Assembly: GCF_000012905.2 (NCBI RefSeq)
Contig: NC_007493.2
Coordinates: 600,001-632,000, forward strand
DNA: 32,000 nt
DNA from: Cereibacter sphaeroides 2.4.1
GTDB lineage: Bacteria > Pseudomonadota > Alphaproteobacteria > Rhodobacterales > Rhodobacteraceae
Direction of reading: 5' to 3'
The notes beneath the pieces were generated by a model that was not told where the DNA came from, did not search any database, and saw only the letters and a list, made by a program, of their open reading frames with translations. This document shows, piece by piece, positions 9,588 to 19,253 of the stretch. Positions within the stretch are counted from its first letter, which is position 1, and each line of letters opens with the position of its first letter. The position numbers were made by a program, and so were the translations under genes.

Positions 9588-10769
9588 ATGATCTCCGCCG
9601 TCCTGCCGACCTATAACCGCGCGCCCCTCGCCTTCGTTGCGGGCGAGGGCTCCTGGCTCACCGCCGAGGACGGCAGCCGATACCTCGACCTGGGCGCCGG
9701 CATCGCGGTGAATGCGCTGGGCCACGCCAATCCCGCGCTCGTCGAGGTGATCTCGGCGCAGGCCGCGAAGCTCTGGCATGTCTCGAACCTCTACCGCATC
9801 CCCGAGCAGGAGCGGCTGGCCGAGAAGCTGGTCGAAGCGACCTTCGCCGACACGGTGTTCTTCACCAACTCGGGCACCGAGGCCGCGGAACTCTCGATCA
9901 AGATGGTGCGGAAATACTGGTCCGAGAAGGGCCAGCCCGACCGGATCGAGATCCTCTGCTTCGAGGGCGCCTTCCACGGCCGTTCGACCGGCGCCATCGC
10001 GGCGGCGGGCTCGGAAAAGATGACCAAGGGCTACGGGCCGCTGATGCCGGGCTTCCGGCAGCTGCCCTTCGGCGATCACGAGGCGCTGCGGGCGGCCATC
10101 TCGGAGAAGACCGCGGCCGTGATGCTCGAGCCCGTGCAGGGCGAGGGCGGGATCCGCGTCCTGCCCGACGTCTGCCTCAAGGGGCTGCGCGACGCCTGCG
10201 ACGCCGTGGGCGCGCTTCTCGTCTTCGACGAGGTGCAGTGCGGCATGGGGCGCACGGGCAGGCTCTTCGCCCATGAATGGGCGGGGATCGAGCCCGACAT
10301 CATGATGGTGGCCAAGGGCATCGGCGGGGGCTTTCCGCTGGGCGCGGTGCTGGCGAAGAAAGCCGCGGCCGCGGCCATGACCGCAGGCACCCACGGCTCG
10401 ACCTACGGCGGCAACCCCCTGGGCTGCGCAGTGGGCGCGAAGGTCATGGAGATCGTGGCCGATCCCGCCTTCCTCGCCGAGGTGAACCGCAAGGCCGCGC
10501 TCTTCCGCCAGAAGCTCGAGGGGCTGGTCGCGGCCCATCCGCAGGTCTTCGAGGAGGTGCGTGGCGCGGGCCTGATGCTCGGCCTCAAGTGCCGGGCGCC
10601 GAATGCCGATCTGGTGAAGGCGGCCTACGGCCAGCATCTGCTGACCGTGCCCGCGGCCGACAATGTGGTGCGCCTGCTGCCCGCGCTCAACATTCCCGAC
10701 GAGGACATCGCCGAGGCGGTGGCGCGGCTCGACCGGGCGGCGGGGACGCTCGATGCCGATGCGGCCTGA
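9588..10769 (+). CDS. argD: acetylornithine aminotransferase (class III PLP aminotransferase)
   Basis: The 393-aa ORF starts [16 protein letters not shown] and contains [19 protein letters not shown] and the PLP lysine context (AKGIGGGFP). It lies directly upstream of argF. Confidence 0.92.
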   Translation: MISAVLPTYNRAPLAFVAGEGSWLTAEDGSRYLDLGAGIAVNALGHANPALVEVISAQAAKLWHVSNLYRIPEQERLAEKLVEATFADTVFFTNSGTEAAELSIKMVRKYWSEKGQPDRIEILCFEGAFHGRSTGAIAAAGSEKMTKGYGPLMPGFRQLPFGDHEALRAAISEKTAAVMLEPVQGEGGIRVLPDVCLKGLRDACDAVGALLVFDEVQCGMGRTGRLFAHEWAGIEPDIMMVAKGIGGGFPLGAVLAKKAAAAAMTAGTHGSTYGGNPLGCAVGAKVMEIVADPAFLAEVNRKAALFRQKLEGLVAAHPQVFEEVRGAGLMLGLKCRAPNADLVKAAYGQHLLTVPAADNVVRLLPALNIPDEDIAEAVARLDRAAGTLDADAA

Positions 10770-10882
10770 CGCCTGCCTGCGGGCCGACCCGCGCCGACGA
10801 GGGACCGCCGTTCCCCGTCACGCATGAACATCCGGCAGGCGGCGGTGCCCGAGGCCCGCGCCCGAGACAGAAGGCCCTTTCC

Positions 10883-11809
10883 GTGAACCACTTCCTCGAT
10901 ATCCACAAGACCGACACCGCCGAACTGCGGCAGATGATGGACAGCGCCCATGCGATGAAGGCCGCGCGCAAGGGGCGGCCCAAGGGCCAGCTCGACGAGG
11001 ACCAGCCGCTCGCCGGTCGCATGGTCGCGCTGATCTTCGAGAAGCCCTCGACCCGCACCCGCGTCTCCTTCGACGTGGGCGTGCGCCAGATGGGCGGCCA
11101 GACCATGGTGCTTTCGGGCAAGGAGATGCAGCTCGGCCACGGCGAGACCATCGCCGACACGGCCCGCGTGCTCTCGCGCTATGTCGATCTCATCATGATC
11201 CGGACCTTCGAGGAGGCGACGCTGCTCGAGATGGCCGAGCACGCCACGGTGCCGGTCATCAACGGGCTCACGAACCGCACCCATCCCTGCCAGATCATGG
11301 CCGATGTCATGACCTACGAGGAACATCGCGGCCCGATCGCGGGGCGTAAGGTGGTCTGGGCGGGCGACGGCAACAATGTCTGCGCCTCGTTCCTGCATGC
11401 GGCGGGGCAGTTCGGCTTCGACTTCACCTTCACCGGCCCCTCCACGCTGGATCCCGAGGCCGAGTTCGTGGGCTATGCCCGCGAGAAGGGCCGGCGCGTC
11501 TCGATCGAGCGCGATCCGGCGAAGGCGGTGGCGGGCGCCGATCTCGTCGTCACCGACACCTGGGTCTCGATGCACGATCCGCAATCCGCGCGCGAGCGGC
11601 GGCACAACCAGCTCAGGCCCTATCAGGTGAACGAGACGCTGATGGCGCAGGCCAAGCCCGATGCGCTGTTCATGCACTGCCTGCCCGCGCATCGCGACGA
11701 CGAGGCCACGAGCGCGGTGATGGACGGCCCCCATTCGGTGATCTTCGACGAGGCCGAGAACCGGCTCCATGCGCAGAAGGCCATCATGCGCTGGTGCCTC
11801 GGCCTCTGA
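10883..11809 (+). CDS. argF: ornithine carbamoyltransferase
   Basis: GTG at 10883 with AGAAGG 8 nt upstream gives (M)NHFLDIHK... Motifs STRTR, HPCQ, and HCLPA are present. The upstream 200 aa of the track ORF (from 10277) overlap argD out of frame and are Arg/Gly-rich junk. Confidence 0.9.
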   Translation: MNHFLDIHKTDTAELRQMMDSAHAMKAARKGRPKGQLDEDQPLAGRMVALIFEKPSTRTRVSFDVGVRQMGGQTMVLSGKEMQLGHGETIADTARVLSRYVDLIMIRTFEEATLLEMAEHATVPVINGLTNRTHPCQIMADVMTYEEHRGPIAGRKVVWAGDGNNVCASFLHAAGQFGFDFTFTGPSTLDPEAEFVGYAREKGRRVSIERDPAKAVAGADLVVTDTWVSMHDPQSARERRHNQLRPYQVNETLMAQAKPDALFMHCLPAHRDDEATSAVMDGPHSVIFDEAENRLHAQKAIMRWCLGL

Positions 11810-11823
11810 GGCGCAGGCCAGGG

Positions 11824-11848
11824 GCGGGCCGGCTGATGGCCCGCTTTC
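11824..11848 (+). terminator. weak intrinsic-terminator-like hairpin after argF
   Basis: GCGGGCC-ggctgat-GGCCCGC followed by TTTC. It starts 15 nt after the argF stop. Confidence 0.35.
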
Positions 11849-11932
11849 AGCCTTCGGAGCGCGCAGGAGGCGGGCCCGAGGGGCTTGCCGGGCCGAAGTC
11901 CGGCTGCCGTGGACGGATCGCGGGTTGCCGCT

Positions 11933-12036
11933 CCGGCTCCGGCCCGTCAGACGGTGCGATCCGTGGGGCGCCGACGCGGCTGCGGCCGGTCATGCCTCCC
12001 GGTCCGTCAGGCGCCGCCCCGGCTCCGGCCCGTCAG
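11933..12036. repeat. 18-bp perfect direct repeat CCGGCTCCGGCCCGTCAG (11933-11950 and 12019-12036)
   Basis: Read directly. The second copy overlaps the stop codon of the small minus-strand CDS at 12033. A partial third copy (GGTCCGTCAGGCG) is at 12001-12013. Confidence 0.6.
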
Positions 12037-12239
12037 GCGTCCTGTTCGCTGGCGGCGCGGAAGCGGCAGCTCCAGCTTGCGACATGGTAGCGGGGATGAT
12101 CGAAGATCCACTTCGCCAGTTCCGGCTGCGCCCGCAGCACGCAGGCGGTCGGCGACAGGTCGTCGGCATAGTAGAGGCTGCGCTTCTCGCAGGCGGCGGG
12201 GGCGGCGCTGAGGCAGGCCACGAAGGCAAGTTCGATCAT
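12033..12239 (-). CDS. small hypothetical protein (68 aa, four Cys, hydrophobic N-terminus)
   Basis: ATG at 12239 with GAAGAGG 6 nt upstream. The protein is MIELAFVACLSAAPAACEKRSLYYADDLSPTACVLRAQPELAKWIFDHPRYHVASWSCRFRAASEQDA. Third codon positions are almost all G/C. The upstream 53 aa of the track ORF were discarded. Confidence 0.65.
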   Translation of the reverse strand: MIELAFVACLSAAPAACEKRSLYYADDLSPTACVLRAQPELAKWIFDHPRYHVASWSCRFRAASEQDA

Positions 12240-12416
12240 GTCGACCTCTTCAAAAGGGTTGGCGTGATCCTCCCTGAACACCGCTGATACCGTGAAACGC
12301 TTGCAGGACCCTTGCACGGCGGTGCCCCGCGAGGGGCAAAGACCTCGTTCCGGCCCCCAACGTGCAAAGACGGTTCCGGTTGCCGAAGATATGCGCATCG
12401 AGAAAAACGCCGGCCG

Positions 12417-12911
12417 TCACTCCGGACGCGCGATTCCCGTCACCGTCAGCGTGACCTCGCCCGCGGGCCGGGTCCAGACCACCTTTTCGCCGAGACGCGC
12501 CCCCATCAGCGCGCGGGCGAGGGGGGCCTGCGGCGCGATGCGGCGGGCCGTGGCCTGCGCCTCGTCCTCGCCGGTGATCTCCCAGACGGTGCGGCGGCCG
12601 GCCTCGTCCTCGACGGTCACGGCGAGGCCGAAGGCCACCTCGTCCAGCGGCTGGGCCGCGGGATCGACGAGGATGGCCGAGGCGATGCGCGCCTCGAGAT
12701 AGCGGATGTCGCGCTCGGCCGCGGCCTCGGGCAGGCGATCCAGCCTGTCCTCGCGGGCGCGGAGCGCGCGCAGGCGCGCCTGCGTGGCGAGAAGCCGGGC
12801 CTGCAGATCGGCCAGCCCGCGCGGGGTGACGAGGTTCGGATGCGGGCTGATCGGCAGGTCGGGCAGGGGCGTGTTGTCCGGCCCGTCCTCCTTCACGAAG
12901 GCGCGGCTCAT
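12417..12911 (-). CDS. GreA/GreB-family transcription elongation factor-like protein
   Basis: The 164-aa ORF has MSRAFVKEDG at the N-terminus, a predicted coiled-coil (LADLQARLLATQARLRALRA...) and a Gre C-terminal-like domain (VAFGLAVTVEDE...ISPQAPLARALMGARLGEKV). Confidence 0.8.
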   Translation of the reverse strand: MSRAFVKEDGPDNTPLPDLPISPHPNLVTPRGLADLQARLLATQARLRALRAREDRLDRLPEAAAERDIRYLEARIASAILVDPAAQPLDEVAFGLAVTVEDEAGRRTVWEITGEDEAQATARRIAPQAPLARALMGARLGEKVVWTRPAGEVTLTVTGIARPE

Positions 12912-12936
12912 GGGGCTCTCCGGCAGCGGGGCAGGG

Positions 12937-13377
12937 TCATCGGACGATCACCTCCAGCGGGTCGTAGAGGAGGCCGCCGCCCCAGGCCGCCCCCGCGAGG
13001 CTGTCGGGCTTGTGGCGGATGCGGGCGAGCTCTGCTTGCGCGAAGAAGCGCCGCTCGGTCACGATGCCCGCGGGATCGCGCCACTCGGCCGAGAGGCTGC
13101 CCGCGAGGATGCGGCAGCGGAAATAGACGTCGACCTGATGAAAGCCCGTGCCGGGATCGTGGAACTCGTTCACGAGGCAGGGATCGTCCACCGCCACGGT
13201 GAGGCCGGTCTCCTCGGCCACCTCGCGCACCAGATTGTCGGGCAGCGAGGCGCCGGGCTCGACCCCTCCGCCGGGGGCGCACCACAGATCCGACACACCG
13301 CCCGGCCAGGCATTGACCAGAAGCAGGCGGTTCTCGTGCAGGATCAGGGCGCGGACGGCGAGGCGGGGAGATGTCAT
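12937..13377 (-). CDS. NUDIX hydrolase
   Basis: From the ATG at 13377 the protein starts MTSPRLAVRALILHENRLLLV. The Nudix box is GGGVEPGASLPDNLVREVAEETGL. The track's 63-aa N-terminal extension is Pro/Arg-rich and was discarded. Confidence 0.85.
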   Translation of the reverse strand: MTSPRLAVRALILHENRLLLVNAWPGGVSDLWCAPGGGVEPGASLPDNLVREVAEETGLTVAVDDPCLVNEFHDPGTGFHQVDVYFRCRILAGSLSAEWRDPAGIVTERRFFAQAELARIRHKPDSLAGAAWGGGLLYDPLEVIVR

Positions 13378-13759
13378 GTCCCGACCCTCGCAGGCGCCGC
13401 GGGCCTTGTCCATCGCCCGGCGCAGGAGGGCAGGCGCCGAGGCGGAGCAGGGCCCTGCGACGGAAGCCCGACCTGCACGGGACCGGACCTCAGGGGCGCT
13501 CGGGGAACCGGCAGGCGAGGTGCGGCCCCGGCCGGATCCGGGCGGGGGAGCCGTCGGCAGGGGCATCGAGCCCCCGCCGACGGCGCTGCCGCGGACGAGG
13601 CGCGGGCGCGACCGGACCTTCCGGTCAGCGACGGGGTGCAGCCCATGGCCCCGTCCGTGCCGAGCCCGGGGCCAGGACGGAAGCGGGCGGCCGCCTTAAG
13701 GTTTACCGATGGGACCGGCGCTGCCGCTGGCGAGGCGCCAGCCGGCCGAACCTTGCGGT

Positions 13760-13775
13760 GGCGACGGCCGTCGCC
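13760..13775. repeat. 16-bp perfect palindrome GGCGACGGCCGTCGCC in the hrpB-Nudix spacer
   Basis: Read directly. It lies in an apparently non-coding 514-bp spacer. Confidence 0.5.
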
Positions 13776-13891
13776 CGAAGCCCCGATCCTCGCTGCGCCC
13801 ATCCGGGCCAGAACCGCAGCGAGGCGCTGCCTTCGAGCGTCGCAGCCCGGACGGCGCGGCCCCGGATGCGGTGCCGCCTGCTCCGATCCGG

Positions 13892-16318
13892 TCAGGTTCC
13901 GCGGGGCTTCGCCCGCAGCGTGGGCTCGGCCACCGTCGGATCCTCGGGCCAGGGGTGGCGCGGATAGCGACCGCGCATGTCGCGGCGCACGTCGGCATAG
14001 GAGCTGGCCCAGAAGCCCGGCAGGTCCATCGTCACCTGCACCGGTCGCTGGCCCGGCGACAGGAGCGTGATCCGCAGCGGCAGCCGCTTCGGCCCCACCG
14101 TCGGATGCTCCGTCACCCCGAAGAGTTCCTGCAGGCGGATCTCGATCCCCGGCGCCTCGCCCTCGTAGTCGATGGGCACCCGGCGGCCGAGCGGCGTCTC
14201 GAACTGCGGCGGAGCGAGCCTGTCGAGGAGCTGCATCCCCTCCCAACCGAGGCGGGCGCGCAGCGCCTCGGTGAGATCCAGCGCGCGGAGCTCGGCCTCG
14301 GTGCGCCGGCCGCCGAGGAAGGGCAGGAGCCAGCCCGGATCCTCGAGCAGGGCCGCATCCGACATGTCGGGCATCGGGGCCCCTTCCGCGCGCAGAAGCT
14401 CCACCCGCGCCCGGAGCCGCCGGGCGGAGGCGCTCCAGGGCAGGCCGATCTGGCGCAGCCCCTCGACGGCCGCCAGCGCCAGCGCCTCCGGCGGCACCTC
14501 GGGCCAGGTCCGGTCGTCGAGCACGAGCGCGCCGAAACACTCCTGCCGGCGGGCCACCACGCGACCCTCGCGGCGCGACCAGTGGCAAACCTCGCGCCAG
14601 CGGATCTGCGGCGCGAAGAGCGCGCGGAGATCGGACTCCGGGATCGGCGCCGCCTGCCGCACCTTCGCCTCGCGCGCATCCCCGTCGAGATCGGTCGCCA
14701 CGATCAGCCGGACCCCGGCGAGCGGCTGGCCCGGCTCCATCGCCGCCCCTTTGCCGCCCGAGAGCACCCAGCGCGGCGCCTCGCCCTTGCGCCGGAGCCC
14801 CACGCGGTCGGGGTAGGCCAGGGCCGCCATCTGGCCCACCGACAGCCCCGCCTCGGGTGTCGTCACCGCACGGGCGAGCCTGCGGGCCTCCTCGCGGATG
14901 CGGGCGAGGGCCGCGCGGTTCACCTCGTGCGGATGCTCGTCCGAGAACCTCTTCGGATCGGCCAGCGCGGCGAGACGCAGCGCGAGGTCGGGCGGTCCCC
15001 TCACCGGATCGCGGTCGGACATCAGGGCCGCGAGCGGCGCGGCCGAGGGCCCGGCCACCGTCAGCATGTGGCCGAGGCGCGGATGAAGCGGCAGCCGGGC
15101 CAGCGCCTGCCCATGGGCCGTGACCCGCCCCTCCTCGAGCGCGCCCAGACCCTCGAGGAGGCCGCGCGCCTCGGCCAGCACCCCCGGATGGGGCGGGGTC
15201 AGGAAGGGCAGGTCGGCGCTGCCCCAGACCGCAAGCTCGAGCGCCAGCGCGGTGAGATCGGCCGCCTCGATCTCGGCCGGCGGAAAGGCCGCAAGCGCGC
15301 CTTCCTCGCCGCGGGTCCACATCCGGTAGCAGATCCCCTCGGCCACCCGACCGGCACGGCCGCGGCGCTGGTCGGCCTCGGCCCGCGTCACCCGCTCGGT
15401 CACCAGCCGCGACATGCCGGAACTCGGATCGAACCGCGCCCGCCGCGCCCGGCCCGCATCGACCACGACCCGCACGCCGGGAATGGTGAGCGAGGTCTCG
15501 GCGATCGAGGTCGCGAGCACGATCCGCCGCCCGGGCCCTTCCTCCAGCGCCCGGCGCTGGGCCGCGAGATCGAGCGCGCCGAAGAGCGGCGCCACCTCGC
15601 AGCCGAGGCCGCCGAGAAGCCCCTCGACGCGGCGGATCTCGCCCTCGCCCGGCAGGAAGACCAGCAGATCGCCCGCGGTCTCGGCCACCGCCTGCCGCAC
15701 GAGGGCCGCCACCTCGGGCTCGAGCCGCGCGCCCGCGGGCAGCGGCCGCGGAAGCCACCGCGTTTCGACCGGAAAGGCGCGACCCTCCGAGGTCACCACC
15801 GGCGCGCCGCCCATCAGCCCGGCCACGGGGCCCGCGTCGAGCGTGGCGGACATGACCAGAAGCAGCAGATCCTCGCGCAGCGCGCTCCGCACCTCGAGCG
15901 CGAGGGCGAGCCCCAGATCGGCATTCAGGCTGCGCTCGTGGAACTCGTCGAAGAGAAGCGCGCCGATGCCCGTAAGCTCCGGGTCGTCCTGAAGGGTGCG
16001 GGTGAGGATGCCCTCGGTCACCACCTCGATCCGGGTCTCGCGCGAGACGCGCGCCTCGCCGCGGATGCGGTAGCCCACCGTGCGGCCCACGGGCTCGCCC
16101 AGCGTCGCCGCCATCCGTTCGGCGGCCGCGCGGGCAGCCAGACGCCGCGGCTCGAGCATCACGATGCGCCCCTCGGTGAGGCCCGCCTTCAGGATCGCCA
16201 GCGGCACGCGCGTGGTCTTGCCCGCGCCGGGCGGCGCCTGCAGCACCGCCATCCGCTGCGCGCGGAGCGCCGCGATCAGCCCGGGCAGGGCGGCATCGAT
16301 GGGAAGCGTCTCGGTCAT
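13892..16318 (-). CDS. hrpB: ATP-dependent DEAH-box helicase HrpB
   Basis: The 808-aa ORF has Walker A (APPGAGKTT), DEFHERS (DEAH-type motif II), helicase C motifs (QRRGRAGR) and the HrpB-specific C-terminal domain. Confidence 0.93.
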   Translation of the reverse strand: MTETLPIDAALPGLIAALRAQRMAVLQAPPGAGKTTRVPLAILKAGLTEGRIVMLEPRRLAARAAAERMAATLGEPVGRTVGYRIRGEARVSRETRIEVVTEGILTRTLQDDPELTGIGALLFDEFHERSLNADLGLALALEVRSALREDLLLLVMSATLDAGPVAGLMGGAPVVTSEGRAFPVETRWLPRPLPAGARLEPEVAALVRQAVAETAGDLLVFLPGEGEIRRVEGLLGGLGCEVAPLFGALDLAAQRRALEEGPGRRIVLATSIAETSLTIPGVRVVVDAGRARRARFDPSSGMSRLVTERVTRAEADQRRGRAGRVAEGICYRMWTRGEEGALAAFPPAEIEAADLTALALELAVWGSADLPFLTPPHPGVLAEARGLLEGLGALEEGRVTAHGQALARLPLHPRLGHMLTVAGPSAAPLAALMSDRDPVRGPPDLALRLAALADPKRFSDEHPHEVNRAALARIREEARRLARAVTTPEAGLSVGQMAALAYPDRVGLRRKGEAPRWVLSGGKGAAMEPGQPLAGVRLIVATDLDGDAREAKVRQAAPIPESDLRALFAPQIRWREVCHWSRREGRVVARRQECFGALVLDDRTWPEVPPEALALAAVEGLRQIGLPWSASARRLRARVELLRAEGAPMPDMSDAALLEDPGWLLPFLGGRRTEAELRALDLTEALRARLGWEGMQLLDRLAPPQFETPLGRRVPIDYEGEAPGIEIRLQELFGVTEHPTVGPKRLPLRITLLSPGQRPVQVTMDLPGFWASSYADVRRDMRGRYPRHPWPEDPTVAEPTLRAKPRGT

Positions 16319-16363
16319 GCGGCCCTTATGGCGCCCGGCGCGGGCGCGCGCCAGAGCGGGCGG

Positions 16364-17077
16364 TCAGCGCCGCCGCAGGGTGGCCTTGCCGTAGATCGTG
16401 TCGGTGGCGACCTGCACGACGCGCATGCGCCCCTCGGCGGTGGGCTCGTAGCGCAGCGTGAAGGGGAAGCGCGACTTCTCGGCCATGTCCTCCTCGGAAT
16501 AGCCCGCGATCCGCCGGAACTCTCCGGCGCAGGCGACGCCGCCCTCGGCCGCCTGCGGCGCGCCGAGCACGACCTGCGTCCGCCGCCGCCCGTCGAAGAT
16601 CTCGAGCGAGGTCCGGCATTCCTGCCCGGGATCCACGTCGCGCAGCGCGGCATAGAGCGCGGTCAGCGGATCGACCGTGCCGCGCTGGGCGGCCGGATCC
16701 ACATCGTAGGAGCGGGGCTTGCGCGCAGGCTCGTAGCGTTCGACCACCGGCCGGCCGTTCCGCCAGGCGAGCTGCACCTCGGACTGACGCCGCCCGGTGT
16801 CGGCCTTCTCGCTGTAGGCGCTGGCCTGCGGCGTGCCGCGCACGATCCGGCCGCTCGCGCGGGCATCGTAGCGGACCGTGCGCAGGAGGCTCACGAGACC
16901 GCCGCTCTGCAGCCGCCCGTTCACCGCATAGCGCCCGTCCTGCTCGCTGCCCGCGAAGGAGAGCGTGCCCGCCCGCACCCCGCGCAGCACGAGGTCGAAC
17001 ACCGCCTCGTCGGACTGGGCCGCCGCCGGCCCCGCCAGAAGCAGCATCAGCGCCGCGATCCCGAACCCGATCCGCAT
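16364..17077 (-). CDS. DUF3108-like secreted protein
   Basis: ATG at 17077 with AAAGGAGGG upstream. Signal peptide MRIGFGIAALMLLLAGPAAAQ. The body resembles DUF3108 proteins (FDLVLRGVRAGTLSFAG...YAVNGRLQSGGL...). The family call is made from memory. Confidence 0.65.
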   Translation of the reverse strand: MRIGFGIAALMLLLAGPAAAQSDEAVFDLVLRGVRAGTLSFAGSEQDGRYAVNGRLQSGGLVSLLRTVRYDARASGRIVRGTPQASAYSEKADTGRRQSEVQLAWRNGRPVVERYEPARKPRSYDVDPAAQRGTVDPLTALYAALRDVDPGQECRTSLEIFDGRRRTQVVLGAPQAAEGGVACAGEFRRIAGYSEEDMAEKSRFPFTLRYEPTAEGRMRVVQVATDTIYGKATLRRR

Positions 17078-17213
17078 CGAACCCTCCTTTGCCGCATCCG
17101 AGCCTCTGGCATATCGCGGGAAGAGAGGGCACAACAGCCCCGCATCCCCGGGCAGGCCTGACAATCGCGTCACCGCGCCCGCGATGCGCCAGACCCTCAT
17201 GCCGGAGCGCCCG

Positions 17214-18185
17214 ATGGACCTGACCGATCTCGCCTCCCGTCTCGCCAGCGGCGACCGCCGTGCGCTGGCGCGCGCCATCACGCTGGTCGAGAGCCGCCGC
17301 GCCGATCACCGCGAGGCGGCGCTCGCGCTTCTGGCCGATCTGGCCCGGAACGGGCGCGAGGCGCTGCGCATCGGCCTCTCGGGCACGCCCGGCGTCGGCA
17401 AATCCACCTTCATCGAGAGCTTCGGCCTCCGGCTGACGGGGCAGGGGCTGAAGGTCGCCGTGCTCGCGGTCGATCCCTCCTCGGCGCGCTCGGGCGGCTC
17501 GATCCTCGGCGACAAGACCCGGATGGAGCGGCTCTCGCGCGATCCGCAGGCCTTCATCCGGCCCTCGCCCTCCCAGACCCATCTGGGCGGCGTCGCGCGG
17601 CGCACGCGCGAGGCGGTGGCGCTCTGCGAGGCCGCGGGCTTCGACGTCATCCTGATCGAGACGGTGGGGGTGGGCCAGTCCGAGACCGTGGTGGCCCAGC
17701 TCTGCGATCTCTTCCTGCTCCTGCTCGCGCCCGCGGGCGGCGACGAGCTGCAGGGCGTCAAGCGCGGCATCATGGAGATGGCCGACCTCATCCTCGTGAA
17801 CAAGGCCGACGGCGATCTGAAGCCCGCGGCGCTGCGGACGGTGGCGGACTACGCCGGCGCGCTGCGGCTCCTGCGCCGGAGGCCGCAGGATCCCGAGGAC
17901 TTCCCCAAGGCGATGCCGGTCTCCGCACTCGAGGAACAGGGGCTGGCCGACGCCTGGACCGAGATGCAGGCGCTCGTGGCCTGGCGCCGCGAAACGGGCC
18001 ATTTCGCCCGCCGCCGCGCCGAGCAGGCGCGCCACTGGTTCGAGGAGGAGGTGCGCGAGGGCCTCCTCGCCGTTCTGAGCCGCCCCGGCCCTGCGCGCGA
18101 GCGGATGGCGCGCCTCGGCGCCGCCGTGACCCGCGGCGAGATCACCCCCGAGGCCGCCGCGGCCGAGCTTCTGACCACGCTCTGA
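17214..18185 (+). CDS. meaB: methylmalonyl-CoA mutase-associated G-protein chaperone MeaB/ArgK
   Basis: Motifs: LARAITLVES, P-loop GTPGVGKST, DPSS, ETVGVGQSE, NKAD. I chose the ATG at 17214 because GGAG lies 7 nt upstream. In-frame ATGs at 17184 and 17199 are alternatives. Confidence 0.88.
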   Translation: MDLTDLASRLASGDRRALARAITLVESRRADHREAALALLADLARNGREALRIGLSGTPGVGKSTFIESFGLRLTGQGLKVAVLAVDPSSARSGGSILGDKTRMERLSRDPQAFIRPSPSQTHLGGVARRTREAVALCEAAGFDVILIETVGVGQSETVVAQLCDLFLLLLAPAGGDELQGVKRGIMEMADLILVNKADGDLKPAALRTVADYAGALRLLRRRPQDPEDFPKAMPVSALEEQGLADAWTEMQALVAWRRETGHFARRRAEQARHWFEEEVREGLLAVLSRPGPARERMARLGAAVTRGEITPEAAAAELLTTL

Positions 18186-18302
18186 GGCCCCCGGCCCTTC
18201 AGTCTGGCCCAAATATCCCGCGGGGGTGCGGGGGCGCGAAGCCCCCGCGCGGCCGGCCCCCGCCTCCCGGCCCGCGGGCTCTCCCTCCCGCCCCTGAATC
18301 GC

Positions 18303-18331
18303 TTGACGCCGCCCCGCTTTGCCCCTAAACG
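18303..18331 (+). promoter_or_regulatory. possible sigma-70-type promoter of rpmB (TTGACG-N17-TAAACG)
   Basis: -35 TTGACG at 18303-18308, a 17-nt spacer, and a weak -10 at 18326-18331, about 70 nt upstream of the rpmB ATG. Pattern match only. Confidence 0.3.
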
Positions 18332-18398
18332 GCCTCGATGGAATTCGGCGCGCTGCCTTTGGCGGTGCCCTTCATGCACAACCACGAGGATCTCGACC

Positions 18399-18689
18399 AT
18401 GTCGCGCGTCTGCGAACTTAGCGGTAAGGCTCCGATGACCGGCAACACGGTCAGCCACGCCAACAACAAGAGCCGTCGGCGCTTCCTGCCGAACCTGAAC
18501 GATGTCACGCTGATCTCGGACGTGCTCGGCCAGTCCTTCAAGCTGCGCATCTCGGCCGCGGCGCTGCGGACGGTCGACCACCGCGGCGGCCTCGACGCGT
18601 TCCTCGCGAAAGCCAAGGACGACGAGCTGTCGGTCAAGGCCCGCGCGATCAAGAAAGAGATCGAGAAGGCTCAGGCCACCGCGGCCTGA
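18399..18689 (+). CDS. rpmB: 50S ribosomal protein L28
   Basis: [33 protein letters not shown] is the canonical L28 N-terminus. ATG at 18399. Confidence 0.95.
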   Translation: MSRVCELSGKAPMTGNTVSHANNKSRRRFLPNLNDVTLISDVLGQSFKLRISAAALRTVDHRGGLDAFLAKAKDDELSVKARAIKKEIEKAQATAA

Positions 18690-18713
18690 TCCGGCGCCTT
18701 CGCCGCATGAGTG

Positions 18714-18741
18714 GGGGCCCCGCGTCGCGCGGGGCCTTTTT
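18714..18741 (+). terminator. rho-independent terminator of rpmB
   Basis: GGCCCCGCG-loop-CGCGGGGCC stem (18716-18736) followed by TTTTT (18737-18741). Confidence 0.8.
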
Positions 18742-18864
18742 CGTTTCGGACATTCCCCGCTGCGGCCCGGGACCCGGCCGGAAGCCCCACGCGGATCGCG
18801 GCCCCGGGGTGCGCCGGCGCCATCTTCGCGCCGAGGGCCGCTTGTGGCCGGCGCCGGGCGGCCT

Positions 18865-19224
18865 ATGATCGGGGCCATGATGCGCTCCCTTCTGGCCTGC
18901 CTCCTCTCCCTCTGTCTCGCCGCGGCCTCGCTGACGGTGGCCGAGGCGCGCGGTCGCGCGGCGGGAGCGCAGCAGGTGGTGATCTGCACCGGCTACGGCG
19001 TGACCGCGGTCGCGCTCGATGCGCAAGGCCGGCCGGTGGGCCCGCTCCACCCCTGCCCGGATTGCCTCGGAGGGCTGACCCTTCTGGCGCTTCCGCAGGC
19101 CCCGGCACTGCCCGCCCTGTCGCTCGGGCGGGGCGAGGCTCTGGCCGTGCCGCCTCCGATCCGCGCCACTGCGGCCGCCTCTCCCGTCCCCTGCGCCCGG
19201 GATCCGCCTGTCTCGTCCGCCTGA
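18865..19224 (+). CDS. small secreted Cys/His protein, DUF2946-like (copper-associated context)
   Basis: Signal peptide MIGAMMRSLLACLLSLCLAAASLTVAEA, then VVICTGYG and LHPCPDCL motifs. G/C-ending codons dominate. It sits immediately upstream of the PCuAC gene. The start is uncertain (GTG 18844, ATG 18865, 18877 or 18880). Confidence 0.6.
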   Translation: MIGAMMRSLLACLLSLCLAAASLTVAEARGRAAGAQQVVICTGYGVTAVALDAQGRPVGPLHPCPDCLGGLTLLALPQAPALPALSLGRGEALAVPPPIRATAAASPVPCARDPPVSSA

Positions 19225-19253
19225 TCGCCAAATCACACAGTCAGGAGAGACAG

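Noticed and set aside
10277-10882. N-terminal 202-codon extension of the argF ORF
   Set aside because: It overlaps argD in another frame and is Arg/Gly-rich. The OTCase homology begins at (M)NHFLD from the GTG at 10883, which has an AGAAGG ribosome-binding site.
13709-17161. 1150-aa plus-strand ORF, together with the 794-aa minus-strand ORF 13374..15758
   Set aside because: Both are off-frame or antisense shadows of hrpB and the DUF3108-like gene. Their translations are Arg/Gly/Pro/Ala-rich with no motifs, while the hrpB frame carries complete helicase motifs.
16326-18212. 628-aa minus-strand ORF overlapping the DUF3108-like and meaB genes
   Set aside because: It is a shadow frame with no motifs. 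The meaB frame on the plus strand carries P-loop, DPSS and NKAD motifs.
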